From Candidatus Sysuimicrobium calidum (GTDB taxonomy: Bacteria > Sysuimicrobiota > Sysuimicrobiia > Sysuimicrobiales > Sysuimicrobiaceae), in NCBI GenBank assembly GCA_031459935.1, contig JAVKHN010000003.1:32289-96288 (forward strand): 64,000 nt of DNA, read 5' to 3'. Each line of letters starts with the position of its first letter. Within the stretch, counting starts at the first letter, position 1. Made by a program: the position numbers and the translations under genes. Under the pieces are notes generated by a model. That model saw only the letters and a program-made list of their open reading frames with translations, made no database searches and was not told the DNA's origin. Below are positions 9,028-18,546 of the stretch, piece after piece.

Positions 9028-9972
9028 CTACGTCCGGACAGGGAACAGCCCCTGAGGCCGCAGGAAGAGGACCGCGGCCATGAGGAGGTAGATGAGGAGG
9101 GAGGCCACGGCCGGACCCAGGTTCGAGGCCATCTCCGGGGACAGGAGGCGCAGGAAGAGCGGCGGGAGCAAGGCCCGGCCCGCGGTGTCCACGATCCCCA
9201 CGAGAAGCGCACCCACCAGTGCCCCCTTCACTGAGCCGATGCCCCCGATCACGATCACGACGAAGGCGAGGATGAGGATCTCCTCCCCCATCCCCACCTG
9301 TACCGCCAGGATGGGCCCCAGCAGGCCACCCGCCACCGCGCACAGCCCCGCACTCACCCCGAACACCACGGTGAAGACCCGCCGGATGGGAACGCCCAGG
9401 GCCTGGGCCATGGCCCGGTTGGAGGCGCCTGCCCGCACCCACATCCCCAATCGGGTCCGGTGGATCAGGAGGAAGAGCAGGGCCGCGAGAGCAGCACCCA
9501 CCCCGATGAGGAACAGACGGTACGCGGAGTAGCCCAGGCCTGGGAGGAGCGGGAGGGGCCTAGCGAGCTCCTGGGGCACAGGGAGCAACAGGGCCTGTGG
9601 CCCCCAGACCATTCGGACTCCCTCGTTGAACACGAGGATGAGGGCAAAGGTGGCCAGCACCTGTGTGAGGTGATCCCGGGCGTAGACCTGCCGCAGGACG
9701 GAGACCTCCAGCAGGACGCCCGCCACAGCGGTGGCCAGCACCGCCAGCGCCACACCGGCCCAGAAGGATCCCGTGACGCGGGCCAGGGTGGCGGCGAAGT
9801 AGGCCCCCAGCATGTACAGAGAGCCGTGCGCGAGGTTCACCACGTCCATGATCCCCAACACCAGGGTGAGGCCGGAAGCGAGCAGGAAGAGCATGAGCCC
9901 CAGCTGCAGCCCGTTCAGCAGCTGCTCCAAAAGGAGGGTGGTGGGGAATCCGGAGGGCATTCCCTCATTCAC
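9028..9972 (-). CDS. livH: Branched-chain amino acid ABC transporter permease (LivH family)
   Basis: A 314-aa hydrophobic protein (LEQLLNGLQLGLMLFLLASGLTLVLGIMDVVNLAHGSLYMLGAY) that looks like a LivH-type permease. Its ATG at 9972 overlaps the stop of the substrate-binding-protein gene (ATGA). Confidence 0.8.
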   Translation of the reverse strand: MNEGMPSGFPTTLLLEQLLNGLQLGLMLFLLASGLTLVLGIMDVVNLAHGSLYMLGAYFAATLARVTGSFWAGVALAVLATAVAGVLLEVSVLRQVYARDHLTQVLATFALILVFNEGVRMVWGPQALLLPVPQELARPLPLLPGLGYSAYRLFLIGVGAALAALLFLLIHRTRLGMWVRAGASNRAMAQALGVPIRRVFTVVFGVSAGLCAVAGGLLGPILAVQVGMGEEILILAFVVIVIGGIGSVKGALVGALLVGIVDTAGRALLPPLFLRLLSPEMASNLGPAVASLLIYLLMAAVLFLRPQGLFPVRT

Positions 9973-11147
9973 GGAAGCCTGCAGCGGGAGACGTAGGCGT
10001 CCCCGTGGTTGCGGAAGATGGTGCCCCGCAGCCGGTTCACGATCTCGCCGTTGGACGTCTCCACCACCTGTCGGAGGTAGTAGTTCTGGATGGGGTACCC
10101 GTTCTTGCTGAACCGGATCCGGCCCCGCGTGGTCTCAAATCCGGAGAGGATGGCCCGGCGGAACTCCGCCTTGCGGGTGAGATCTCCTCCCACCGCCCGC
10201 AGCCCGTGGTCCAGGGCCAGAGCCGCATCATAGCCCTGGGAGGCGTACAGGGTGGGGATGCGGTTGTACGTACGACGGAAGTCCTCCACGAACCGGCGGT
10301 TGATAGCGTTGAAGAGCTCCAGGGCCCAGTGGGAGCTGTTGAACACCCCCACCATGGGCCGGCCCACCGCCCGGATCACGTCCGCATCCGCGGAGAAACC
10401 GGGAAGCAGAAGCGGGATCTGCTGAAGCAGGCCCGCCTCCACGTACTGCTTGATGAAGTTCACCCCCATCGCCCCCGGGTAGAAGGCGTATACGGCGCTG
10501 GGGCGGGCTGCCCGGATCTGCGCGATCTCCACAGAGTAGTCCAGCTGCCCCAGCCGGGTGTAGAGCTCCCCGATCACGCGCCCCCTGTAGTAGCGCTTGA
10601 ACCCCGTGAGGGCGTCCCGGCCCGCGGGGTAGTTGGGCGCCAGGATGAACGCGGTTTCATACCGTTTCAGCTGGGCGTAGTGTCCCATCGCTTCATGCAT
10701 GTTGTCGTTCTGCCAGGCCACGTTGAGGAAATAGAAATTGCACTGTTCGCCCGCGTATTCGGAGGGTCCCGCGTTGGGGCTGATGTAGAAGGTCTGACTG
10801 CCGAACACTAGATCCCCTACCGCCAGCAGGACGTTGGAGAAGATAATGCCCGTGACGAAGTCCACCCGATCCCGTCGCAGCATGCGCTCCACCGCGGTGC
10901 GGGCCACGTCCGGGTTCTGCTGGTCGTCCGCCACGAGCACCTCCACCGGGAGACCTCCGAGACGGTTCCCCAGGTGCCGCAGGGCCAGGTTGAAGCCGTC
11001 CAGGACATCCTGTCCCAGGGCTGCCCCGCCGCCCGAGAGGGTGCTCACGAACCCGATCCGCACCGTGCGGGGCTGGGCACCGGCGGGAAGAGCCACCAGC
11101 ACCGCCAAAGCTGCCACCATCCGGAAGAGTGCCCGATTCCCCATCAT
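9969..11147 (-). CDS. ABC transporter substrate-binding protein, LivK/branched-chain-amino-acid-binding family (possibly aromatic-acid binding in this context), with signal peptide
   Basis: Has an N-terminal signal peptide MMGNRALFRMVAALAVLVALPAGAQP followed by a periplasmic-binding-protein type I fold (RIGFVSTLSGGGAALGQDVLDGFNLAL…). A strong SD GGAGGAGG precedes the start. Confidence 0.85.
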   Translation of the reverse strand: MMGNRALFRMVAALAVLVALPAGAQPRTVRIGFVSTLSGGGAALGQDVLDGFNLALRHLGNRLGGLPVEVLVADDQQNPDVARTAVERMLRRDRVDFVTGIIFSNVLLAVGDLVFGSQTFYISPNAGPSEYAGEQCNFYFLNVAWQNDNMHEAMGHYAQLKRYETAFILAPNYPAGRDALTGFKRYYRGRVIGELYTRLGQLDYSVEIAQIRAARPSAVYAFYPGAMGVNFIKQYVEAGLLQQIPLLLPGFSADADVIRAVGRPMVGVFNSSHWALELFNAINRRFVEDFRRTYNRIPTLYASQGYDAALALDHGLRAVGGDLTRKAEFRRAILSGFETTRGRIRFSKNGYPIQNYYLRQVVETSNGEIVNRLRGTIFRNHGDAYVSRCRLP

Positions 11148-11190
11148 CCTCCTCCGAAATGTGCTCGCTGCCCCGCGTCCCCAGGGCCGC

Positions 11191-11210
11191 TTTGTTTACT
11201 TTTGTACAAC
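11191..11210. promoter_or_regulatory. AT-rich island with palindrome TTGTACAA in the divergent liv-like/MFS promoter region
   Basis: The sequence cTTTGTTTACTTTTGTACAAcc is the only AT-rich stretch in the 154-bp divergent intergenic region; TTGTACAA is self-complementary. Confidence 0.25.
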
Positions 11211-11301
11211 CACCGGCCCCGTTCCTCCGTCAACCCCCTGTGGCGTCCCATGACCCCGGAAGGTTGCAGCGGACCCCGGGGGGCGTCGTACACTTCAGGT
11301 T

Positions 11302-12519
11302 GTGTCCCTGGTGGAGCTTACGGTCCTGCTCGGGCTTCTGATGGCCCTGGTGGCCTTCGGCGTGGACGCCATGCTGCCGGCCCTCAGCGCTATGGCCCAG
11401 GAGTACGGAGTGACAGAGACGCAGGTGCAGCTGGTGGTGGGCGTCTACCTCATGGGATTCGCCCCGGGGCAGCTCCTCTTCGGGCCTCTCAGCGACCGTT
11501 ACGGCCGGCGAGGGGTGCTGCTCTGCGCCCTGGGGGTGTTCACGGCCCTCAGCTTCCTCATGCCCCTCGTGCGGTCCTTTCCCCTCCTCGTGGCCCTGCG
11601 GTTCTTCCAGGCGTTCTTTGGCTCCAGCATGCGGAGCGTGGGAACCGCCCTGGTACGGGATCGCCATCAGGCGGAGGCCATGGCCCGCATCCTTTCCTTC
11701 ATCCAGATGGTTTTCCTCGTGGTCCCCATCCTGGCGCCCTCCGTGGGCACGCTGCTCCTCGGCTTCGGATGGAGGGCGGTCTTCCTCTTCCTGGGAGGTC
11801 TCGCTGCGGTCCTCCTCGGATGGGCCGCGCTCCGGCTCCCGGAGACTCTGCCCAGCTCACACCGCCGTCCCCTGAGCTACGCTTCCCTGCGGGAAGCTCT
11901 GGGCTTTCTCCTCCGGGCGCCCGAGAGTCGGGTGGCCGCACTTCTCCTCACCTTCACCTTCGCCATGCTGCACGCTTACCTCCTGAACGCCCCGCAGCTC
12001 TACAAGACCCACCTGGGCCTGACGAACCCGCAGTTCGCCCTCGCCTTCGGGGGAACCGCGGCGTTCCAGAGCCTGGCCATGCTCTGTACGGGTCTCCTGG
12101 TCCACCGGCTCGGGCTCCGGGCCTTTCTGTGGTGGTCGCTCGTGTGGCTCTTCGCCTCTGCCGCCCTCTTCCCCCTCCACGTGCTCCTTCTGCGGAACCC
12201 CCTCCTCATCTGGCTGCACACAAGCCTCGTGTTCTTCGGAATCGGGCTCGTGTTCCCCAACGCCATGAGCCTGGCCATGGAGTCCATGGGGAGCATCGCG
12301 GGCTTCGCCAGCAGCGCAGTGGGATTCAGCAGCGGGCTGCTGGCAAGCCTCCTGGGGACCGCCCTGGGCCAGTGGGCGGGGGGAGAGCCCTTCCGGCTGG
12401 GGGTGGGGTGGTTCCTGCTGGGCCTGGCCGCCTTTCTCTGCGGCATGCGGGGTCTGCTCCGGACCGCGGCCTCCACCTCCACCCGACAGGCGGTCCCCGC
12501 GGACGAGGTGGTATCTTAA
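11302..12519 (+). CDS. MFS transporter (Bcr/CflA drug-resistance-like, 12 TM)
   Basis: A 405-aa hydrophobic protein with MFS motifs (LSDRYGRRGVLL; G-rich TM helices). It starts with GTG and is transcribed divergently from the liv-like operon. Confidence 0.75.
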   Translation: MSLVELTVLLGLLMALVAFGVDAMLPALSAMAQEYGVTETQVQLVVGVYLMGFAPGQLLFGPLSDRYGRRGVLLCALGVFTALSFLMPLVRSFPLLVALRFFQAFFGSSMRSVGTALVRDRHQAEAMARILSFIQMVFLVVPILAPSVGTLLLGFGWRAVFLFLGGLAAVLLGWAALRLPETLPSSHRRPLSYASLREALGFLLRAPESRVAALLLTFTFAMLHAYLLNAPQLYKTHLGLTNPQFALAFGGTAAFQSLAMLCTGLLVHRLGLRAFLWWSLVWLFASAALFPLHVLLLRNPLLIWLHTSLVFFGIGLVFPNAMSLAMESMGSIAGFASSAVGFSSGLLASLLGTALGQWAGGEPFRLGVGWFLLGLAAFLCGMRGLLRTAASTSTRQAVPADEVVS

Positions 12520-12527
12520 AGGGGAGC

Positions 12528-13691
12528 ATGGATGTCCGCCACGCTTCCTTCGACCCCGCCGCGTGTCGCCGGATCGTGGTGAAGGTCGGAAGTGCCCTCA
12601 TCGCGGATCCGGCCTCCTCCACCATTCCGCGGCTCGCGGGCGAACTGGCGGAGCTGAGGCGCGGGGGGCGGGAGGTGGTGGTGGTCTCCTCCGGCGCCGT
12701 GGCCCTGGGTACCGCGCGGTTGAAGCTCCCCGCCCGGCCCCTCTCCATCCCCGCCAAGCAGGCGGCGGCCGCGGTGGGTCAACCCCTCCTCATGCAGGCG
12801 TGGGCGGAAGCCTTTGCCCGTCACGGCCTCGTGGCGGCCCAGGTGCTCCTCACCGCCTTCGACCTCGCGGACCGCAGCCGCTTCCTCAACGCCCGCCACA
12901 CCGTGGAGACCCTGCTGCGGTGGGGCGCAGTACCCGTGGTGAACGAGAACGACACCGTGGCGGTGGAGGAGCTGAAGTTCGGCGATAACGACCACCTATC
13001 CGTCCTCCTGGCCACCCTGGTGGGCGCGGACCTCCTGCTGGTGCTCTCCGACGTGGAGGCCCTCTACGACCGGGATCCCCGCACGTGCCCGGACGCCCGC
13101 CCCATCCGGCGGGTGGACCGGGTGGATCGGGAGCTCCTGGCCCGAGCCGGAGCGGAGCCGGGGGAGGTGGGGACGGGCGGAATGCGCTCGAAGCTGCTGG
13201 CCGCGGAGAAGGCCCTCGCCGCGGGGATCCCCATGTGGCTACTGCCCGGCCACAGCCCGCACGCGATCCGGGAGGCCCTCTCGGGAGCCCCCGTGGGCAC
13301 CCTCTTCTGGAGCGCCCGGAGGCGGTACTCGGGCCGGAAACTGTGGCTGTACCAGTTGCCGCGGCCTGCGGGGGAACTCCTCCTGGACGCGGGGGCCGCC
13401 CGGGCTCTCCGGGAGGAGGGGGCTTCGCTCCTGCCCGCGGGGATCCGGGGCGTGCGGGGGGAGTTCGGCGTAGGAGATCCCGTGCGGTGCCTGGATCCCG
13501 AGGGGCGGCTGGTGGGGGTGGGGCTGGTGAACTACAGCTCCAGTGAGATCGAGCGCATCAAAGGGGCGCACACCCGGGAGATCGAAACCCGGCTGGGGTA
13601 CAAGCACTCCGACGAAGTGATCCACCGGGATCACTTCGTGCTGGCGGGGGAGCTGGAGGCAGAGGCATCCTACGCAGGAGGGGTGCGATGA
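12528..13691 (+). CDS. proB: Glutamate 5-kinase (ProB) with C-terminal PUA domain
   Basis: The C-terminal 387 aa of ORF 10974..13691, MDVRHASFDPAACRRIVVKVGSALIAD…, fits the amino-acid-kinase fold plus a PUA domain (GVGDPVRCLDPEGRLVGVGLVNYSSSEI). GGGGAG lies upstream of the ATG at 12528. Its stop overlaps the proA start (ATGA). Confidence 0.85.
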   Translation: MDVRHASFDPAACRRIVVKVGSALIADPASSTIPRLAGELAELRRGGREVVVVSSGAVALGTARLKLPARPLSIPAKQAAAAVGQPLLMQAWAEAFARHGLVAAQVLLTAFDLADRSRFLNARHTVETLLRWGAVPVVNENDTVAVEELKFGDNDHLSVLLATLVGADLLLVLSDVEALYDRDPRTCPDARPIRRVDRVDRELLARAGAEPGEVGTGGMRSKLLAAEKALAAGIPMWLLPGHSPHAIREALSGAPVGTLFWSARRRYSGRKLWLYQLPRPAGELLLDAGAARALREEGASLLPAGIRGVRGEFGVGDPVRCLDPEGRLVGVGLVNYSSSEIERIKGAHTREIETRLGYKHSDEVIHRDHFVLAGELEAEASYAGGVR

Positions 13692-14947
13692 TCGAGCTCG
13701 CGAGCGAACTGCGGGAGATGGGGAAGCGGGCCCGCACAGCCGCCCGGCTGCTCCTCCGGGCCTCGCCCGCGGCCAAGCAGCGGGCTCTGCTGCGGATCGC
13801 GGGGCTGCTGGAGGAGCGGTGGCCCGAGGTCCTGGAGGCGAACCGGCAGGACCTGGAGGCTGCCCAGGCCCAGGGCCTGCCGAAGCCCAAGCTGGAGCGG
13901 CTGCGGTTGGGAGACCGCCGCCGGGACGATCTCGTAGAAGGCCTGCGGCAGATCGCGGCTCTGCCGGATCCCGTGGGCGAGGTCGAGCACCTCACCGTGC
14001 GGCCGAACGGTCTGGTGGTCGGCCGCATGCGGGTGCCGCTGGGTGTGATCGGCCTCATCTACGAGGCCCGGCCCGATGCCACGGTGGAAGCCAGCGCGGT
14101 GGCCCTCAAGGCCGGGAACGCCATCCTCCTGCGGGGGGGAAAGGAGGCCCGGGGGAGCAACGAAACCCTCGTGCGCCTGATCCGCGAGGCTCTGGAGGGA
14201 TCCGGCCTCCCTGCGGATGCGGTGCAGCTCGTCCCTGCGGGGGATCGGCAGTCCGTGCTGGAGATGTGCCGGATGGAGGGCCTGCTGGACCTCCTTATCC
14301 CGAGGGGCGGGGAGGAGTTGATCCGGCTCGTGCAGGAGCACGCCCGGGTTCCCGTGCTGGCCCACGCCAGGGGGGTGAACCACCTCTACGTGGACGAGGA
14401 CGCGGATCTGGAGATGGCGGTGCGCATCGCGGTGAACGCCAAGGCCCAGCGCCCCGCCACCTGCAATGCCCTGGAGAAAGTCCTGGTGCACCAAGCGGTG
14501 GCGGCTGAGTTCCTGCCCGAGCTGGAGACTGGCATGCGGGAGGCGGGGGTGGTGCTGCGGGGCTGCCCCCGCACCTGCAAGATCCTGCCGCACGTCACGC
14601 CCGCCCGGGAGGAGGACTGGAGCGCGGAGTACCTGGATCTGATTCTCGCGGTGCGGGTGGTGGACTCCCTGGAGGAGGCCTTGGCGCACATCGCCCGGTA
14701 CGGGTCCCGCCACACGGAGGCCATCGTGACCCGGAACCACGATCGGGCCATGCGCTTTCTGCGGGAGGTGGACGCCTCCCTGGTCCTGGTCAACGCCAGC
14801 ACCCGGTTCAACGACGGGTTCCAGCTGGGCCTGGGCGCGGAGATCGGCATCAGCACCACGAAGCTGCATGCCTACGGGCCCATGGGCGTGCGGGAGCTCA
14901 CCACCACCAAGTTCGTGGCCCTGGGACAGGGCCAGGTGCGTTCCTAG
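13688..14947 (+). CDS. proA: Gamma-glutamyl phosphate reductase (ProA)
   Basis: A 419-aa ALDH-superfamily protein with typical ProA length and motifs (…LIPRGGEELIRLV…CNALEKVLVH…). Confidence 0.9.
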   Translation: MIELASELREMGKRARTAARLLLRASPAAKQRALLRIAGLLEERWPEVLEANRQDLEAAQAQGLPKPKLERLRLGDRRRDDLVEGLRQIAALPDPVGEVEHLTVRPNGLVVGRMRVPLGVIGLIYEARPDATVEASAVALKAGNAILLRGGKEARGSNETLVRLIREALEGSGLPADAVQLVPAGDRQSVLEMCRMEGLLDLLIPRGGEELIRLVQEHARVPVLAHARGVNHLYVDEDADLEMAVRIAVNAKAQRPATCNALEKVLVHQAVAAEFLPELETGMREAGVVLRGCPRTCKILPHVTPAREEDWSAEYLDLILAVRVVDSLEEALAHIARYGSRHTEAIVTRNHDRAMRFLREVDASLVLVNASTRFNDGFQLGLGAEIGISTTKLHAYGPMGVRELTTTKFVALGQGQVRS

Positions 14948-15442
14948 ATGCGACCCCTCGTGGGCGTGATCATGGGATCCGTCTCCGACTGGGAGACCAT
15001 GCAACACGCGGTGGCCACCCTCGAGGAACTGGGGGTGCCCTGTGAGGTGCGGGTGATCAGCGCCCACCGCACCCCGGAGGTCATGGCGGAGTACGCGCGG
15101 AGTGCGGAGGGGCGGGGACTGCTGGTGATCATCGCGGGCGCGGGCGGGGCCGCACACCTGCCCGGCATGACCGCGGCCCACACGGCTCTCCCCGTACTGG
15201 GTGTCCCCGTGGAATCCAGGGCCCTCAAGGGCCTGGATTCCCTGCTCAGCATCGTGCAGATGCCCGCGGGCGTACCCGTGGGAACCCTGGCCATCGGGCG
15301 GGCTGGAGCCATCAACGCTGCGCTGCTGGCTGCAAGCATCGTGGGCCTCCGGCACCCGGAGTACCTGGAGCGGGTGAAGCGGTACCGGGAGGCACAAAGT
15401 CAGGAGGTGCTCGCCCGCCCGGATCCCCGCACGGAGAAGTGA
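14948..15442 (+). CDS. purE: N5-carboxyaminoimidazole ribonucleotide mutase (PurE)
   Basis: A 164-aa protein, [19 protein letters not shown]…[25 protein letters not shown], matching the classic PurE signature. It begins 1 nt after the proA TAG. Confidence 0.9.
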   Translation: MRPLVGVIMGSVSDWETMQHAVATLEELGVPCEVRVISAHRTPEVMAEYARSAEGRGLLVIIAGAGGAAHLPGMTAAHTALPVLGVPVESRALKGLDSLLSIVQMPAGVPVGTLAIGRAGAINAALLAASIVGLRHPEYLERVKRYREAQSQEVLARPDPRTEK

Positions 15443-16566
15443 GGATCGGGATCCTCGGAGGCGGGCAGCTGGGCCGGATGCTGGCCCTCTCCGGCTATCC
15501 GCTCGGCTTCTCCTTCCGGTTTCTGGACCCCTCCCCGGAGGCCTGCGCGGGACAGGTGGGGGAGCTCCTGGTGGGAGATTACCGGGACGAAGTCCTCCTG
15601 CGCCGGTTCGCGGAGGGCCTGGACGTTGTGACCTACGAGTTCGAGAACGTGCCCGCGGAGGCCGCCCGGTTCCTGGCACAATCGCTCCCCGTCTACCCGC
15701 CCCCGAAAGCCCTACGGGTGGCCCAGGATCGGCTTGTGGAAAAACGGTTCTTCTCGTCCCTGGGGATCCCGACACCGGCCTTCTGCACGGTGGAAGGCCC
15801 GGAGGACCTCCCTCCGGCCGTAGAGCGCCTGGGGCTTCCCGCCCTGCTGAAGACCCGGCGGGGCGGGTACGACGGAAAGGGGCAGATTCCCCTCCAGACC
15901 CCCGAGGACCTGAAACCGGTTTCAGAAACGTTGGACGGAGCGCACCTCCTGCTGGAGCAGTTCGTGCCCTTCGACCGGGAGCTCTCCGTGGTCGCGGTAC
16001 GCGCTGCAAGCGGGGAGGTGGCCTTCTATCCCCTTGTGGAGAACCACCACCGGGAGGGCATCCTGCGGCTTTCCCTGGCTCCCGCTCCCGGGCTTACGCC
16101 CGAGCTCCAGGCCAAAGCCGAGACGTACGCCCGGAGGGTCCTGGAGGCCATGGGATACGTAGGGGTGATCGCCATCGAGTTCTTTCAGGTGGGGGAGGAG
16201 CTTCTGGCCAACGAGATGGCGCCCCGGGTTCACAACAGCGGGCACTGGACCATCGAGGGCGCGCAGACGAGCCAGTTCCAGAACCACCTGCGGGCCATCT
16301 GCGGCCTCCCGCTTGGCCCTACGGCCCCGCGGGGGTGGAGCGCCATGGTGAACCTCATCGGCAGAGCACCGGACTTCCGCCGCCTTCTCGCCTTCCCGCA
16401 GGCCCACCTCCACTGGTACGGGAAGCAGGTTCGACCGGACCGGAAAGTGGGACACGTCACGCTGCAGGCGGACTCGGAGGACACCCTCCGGGAGCTCCTC
16501 CCGCGGCTGCTGGACCTGGTGGGAGAACGGCTCCCGGGGCCCTACCGGATGGCCTCCTCGCGGTAG
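15439..16566 (+). CDS. purK: N5-carboxyaminoimidazole ribonucleotide synthase (PurK, ATP-grasp)
   Basis: A 375-aa protein, [17 protein letters not shown]…[14 protein letters not shown]…, with an ATP-grasp fold. A GTGA overlap joins it to purE. Confidence 0.9.
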   Translation: MRIGILGGGQLGRMLALSGYPLGFSFRFLDPSPEACAGQVGELLVGDYRDEVLLRRFAEGLDVVTYEFENVPAEAARFLAQSLPVYPPPKALRVAQDRLVEKRFFSSLGIPTPAFCTVEGPEDLPPAVERLGLPALLKTRRGGYDGKGQIPLQTPEDLKPVSETLDGAHLLLEQFVPFDRELSVVAVRAASGEVAFYPLVENHHREGILRLSLAPAPGLTPELQAKAETYARRVLEAMGYVGVIAIEFFQVGEELLANEMAPRVHNSGHWTIEGAQTSQFQNHLRAICGLPLGPTAPRGWSAMVNLIGRAPDFRRLLAFPQAHLHWYGKQVRPDRKVGHVTLQADSEDTLRELLPRLLDLVGERLPGPYRMASSR

Positions 16567-18425
16567 GCGGGGAGCTCCCGGGCTCGCAGGAACTCCAGCA
16601 CCCTCCGGGCCACCTTCGGCCCCACCACCGCGGCCACCTCCTCTTCCGTGGCCTCCCGCAGGCGGCGCACGGAGCCGAAGTGCCGGATGAGCTCCCGCTT
16701 GCGCTTCTCCCCGACCCCCGGGACCTCGTCCAGCACGGAGTACACGATGCGACGTTCCCGGAGCTTCCGGTGGTAGGCGTTCGCGAACCGGTGGGCCTCG
16801 TCCCGTACCCGCTGCAGGAGCTGTAGGGCCGTGGAGTCCGTACCGAGCCGCAGGGGCTCCGGGACATCCGGCCGGTACACGAGCTCCTCCCGCTTGGCCA
16901 GGGCCACCACGGGGATGTGGAATCCTGTCTCGGAGAGGGCCTCCAGGGCGGCCTGGAGCTGCGGTCGACCGCCGTCTATCAGGATGAGATCCGGAAGCAC
17001 GGACCATCTGGGCTTGCGGGACGCCCCTTGATCCAGGGCCTCTCGCTCCTCCCGGGCGTTCTCGAACCGGCGGCGCAGGGCCTCCCGGAGCATGGCCACG
17101 TCGTTGGGACCGGGCGTGGTCCGGATCCGGAACCGGCGGTAGGCCTCCTTGCGGGGCCTACCGCCCTCGAAGGTGACCAGGGAGGCCACCGCCTCTCCGG
17201 CCTGGAAGTTGGAGACGTCGTATCCCTCGATGCGGAAGGGAGGATTCGTAAGCCCCAGCGCCTGCGCCAGCGCCCGTATCGCGGCTCCCTCCCGACCCGC
17301 CAGACGCACCCGCTCCTGCTCCAGGTGAAACCGGGCGTTCTCCCGGGCCATCTCCACCAACCGCCAGTCCGCCTCCTGTTCCGGCACTCCCACCCGCACC
17401 GGCTCTCCCCGCCGTTCCCCCAGCCAGTGGGCGATCAGCCCCTGGTCCTCCACGGGCTCGGGGATGAGCACCTCCGGGGGGACGGCGGGGGTGTGCGCGT
17501 AGAACTGCTCCAGGAAGGTGCGCAGGACCTCCGCGGGGGTGTGGACGGCGGCTCCGGTCAGGAAGAAGTGCTCCTGCCCCACCAGCCGCCCCCCGCGCAC
17601 GAAGAACACCTGGGCACAGGCGTCGTCCCCGTCCGTGGACACCGCCACCACGTCCCGGTCCAGCAGCTCGGAACCGGAGGTGCGCTGCCGCTGCTGGATG
17701 GCTTCGATGGCCCGGATCTGATCCCGCAGGGCTGCCGCCCGCTCGAACTCCAGGCGGTCCGCGGCCTCCTGCATCCGGCGCCGCAGGTCCTCCAGCAGGG
17801 CCTCCTGTTTCCCCTCCAGGAACAGCACCGCCTCACGCACCTGCTCCGCGTACTGCTCCCGGGTAGCCCCCCAGCCCACACAAGGTGCGGTGCACAGTCC
17901 CATGGCATGGTCCAGGCATGGCCGCGGCAGGGACCGGTCGATCTCGAGGGTGCAGCTGCGGAGCCGGAACAGCTTCCGGATGGTGCGGATGGTGCGGCGC
18001 ACCAGCTTCGGCTCGTGGTAAGGGTAGGGGCCGAAGTAGCGGGCGCCGTCCCGCGCGATCCTGCGGGTCATCAGGATCCGGGGATAGGGTTCGTCGGTGA
18101 TCTTGATGTACGGGTAGGCCTTGTCGTCCGCCATCCGAACGTTGTAGCGGGGCCGGTGCTGCTTGATCAGGTTCGTCTCCAGGACCAGGGCCTCCACCTC
18201 GTTGGCGCACACCACCACGTCGAAGTCGAAGACCTTGGTCATGAGATGCCGGATGCGGGGGGAGGGGGCGGTGCGGGGGTCCTGGAAATAGGTACGCACC
18301 CGGCTCCGCAGAGACGCGGCCTTCCCCACGTAGATGATCCGACCCGCCCGGTCCCGCAGGAGGTATACCCCGGGCTTGAGGGGCAGGGCCCGCAGCTTCT
18401 CCTCCAGGTTCGGAACTCGATCCAT
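16542..18425 (-). CDS. uvrC: Excinuclease ABC subunit C (UvrC)
   Basis: Has a GIY-YIG N-terminus (LPLKPGVYLLRDRAGRIIYVGKAASLRSRV), a UvrBC-interaction region, an RNaseH-like/endonuclease V domain and a C-terminal (HhH)2. Start at MDRVPNLEE (residue 40 of ORF 16542..18542). It is convergent with purK and overlaps it by 25 nt. Confidence 0.85.
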   Translation of the reverse strand: MDRVPNLEEKLRALPLKPGVYLLRDRAGRIIYVGKAASLRSRVRTYFQDPRTAPSPRIRHLMTKVFDFDVVVCANEVEALVLETNLIKQHRPRYNVRMADDKAYPYIKITDEPYPRILMTRRIARDGARYFGPYPYHEPKLVRRTIRTIRKLFRLRSCTLEIDRSLPRPCLDHAMGLCTAPCVGWGATREQYAEQVREAVLFLEGKQEALLEDLRRRMQEAADRLEFERAAALRDQIRAIEAIQQRQRTSGSELLDRDVVAVSTDGDDACAQVFFVRGGRLVGQEHFFLTGAAVHTPAEVLRTFLEQFYAHTPAVPPEVLIPEPVEDQGLIAHWLGERRGEPVRVGVPEQEADWRLVEMARENARFHLEQERVRLAGREGAAIRALAQALGLTNPPFRIEGYDVSNFQAGEAVASLVTFEGGRPRKEAYRRFRIRTTPGPNDVAMLREALRRRFENAREEREALDQGASRKPRWSVLPDLILIDGGRPQLQAALEALSETGFHIPVVALAKREELVYRPDVPEPLRLGTDSTALQLLQRVRDEAHRFANAYHRKLRERRIVYSVLDEVPGVGEKRKRELIRHFGSVRRLREATEEEVAAVVGPKVARRVLEFLRARELPAYREEAIR

Positions 18426-18546
18426 CGCCCTTCCATCATACCCGGCGCCCCTGAAAGCGGTCCCGGGGCCCCATGCCACAGCCCTCGCGGCGGCCACGGT
18501 CCAGCGGTTCGGAGACCGGCTCCGGGAGGCGGCCGCGGGCATGGCG

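Noticed and set aside
13670-16009. 779-aa ORF antisense to proA/purE/purK, and many other 300-1400-aa ORFs antisense to annotated genes (e.g. 19210..20640, 32406..35369, 36700..39069, 46055..49261, 53542..55494, 58499..59833)
   Set aside because: Their translations are low-complexity and rich in Arg, Pro, Gly and Ala with no recognisable motifs. At 70% GC, long open frames arise by chance opposite real genes, and the sense-strand partners all have clear family signatures.
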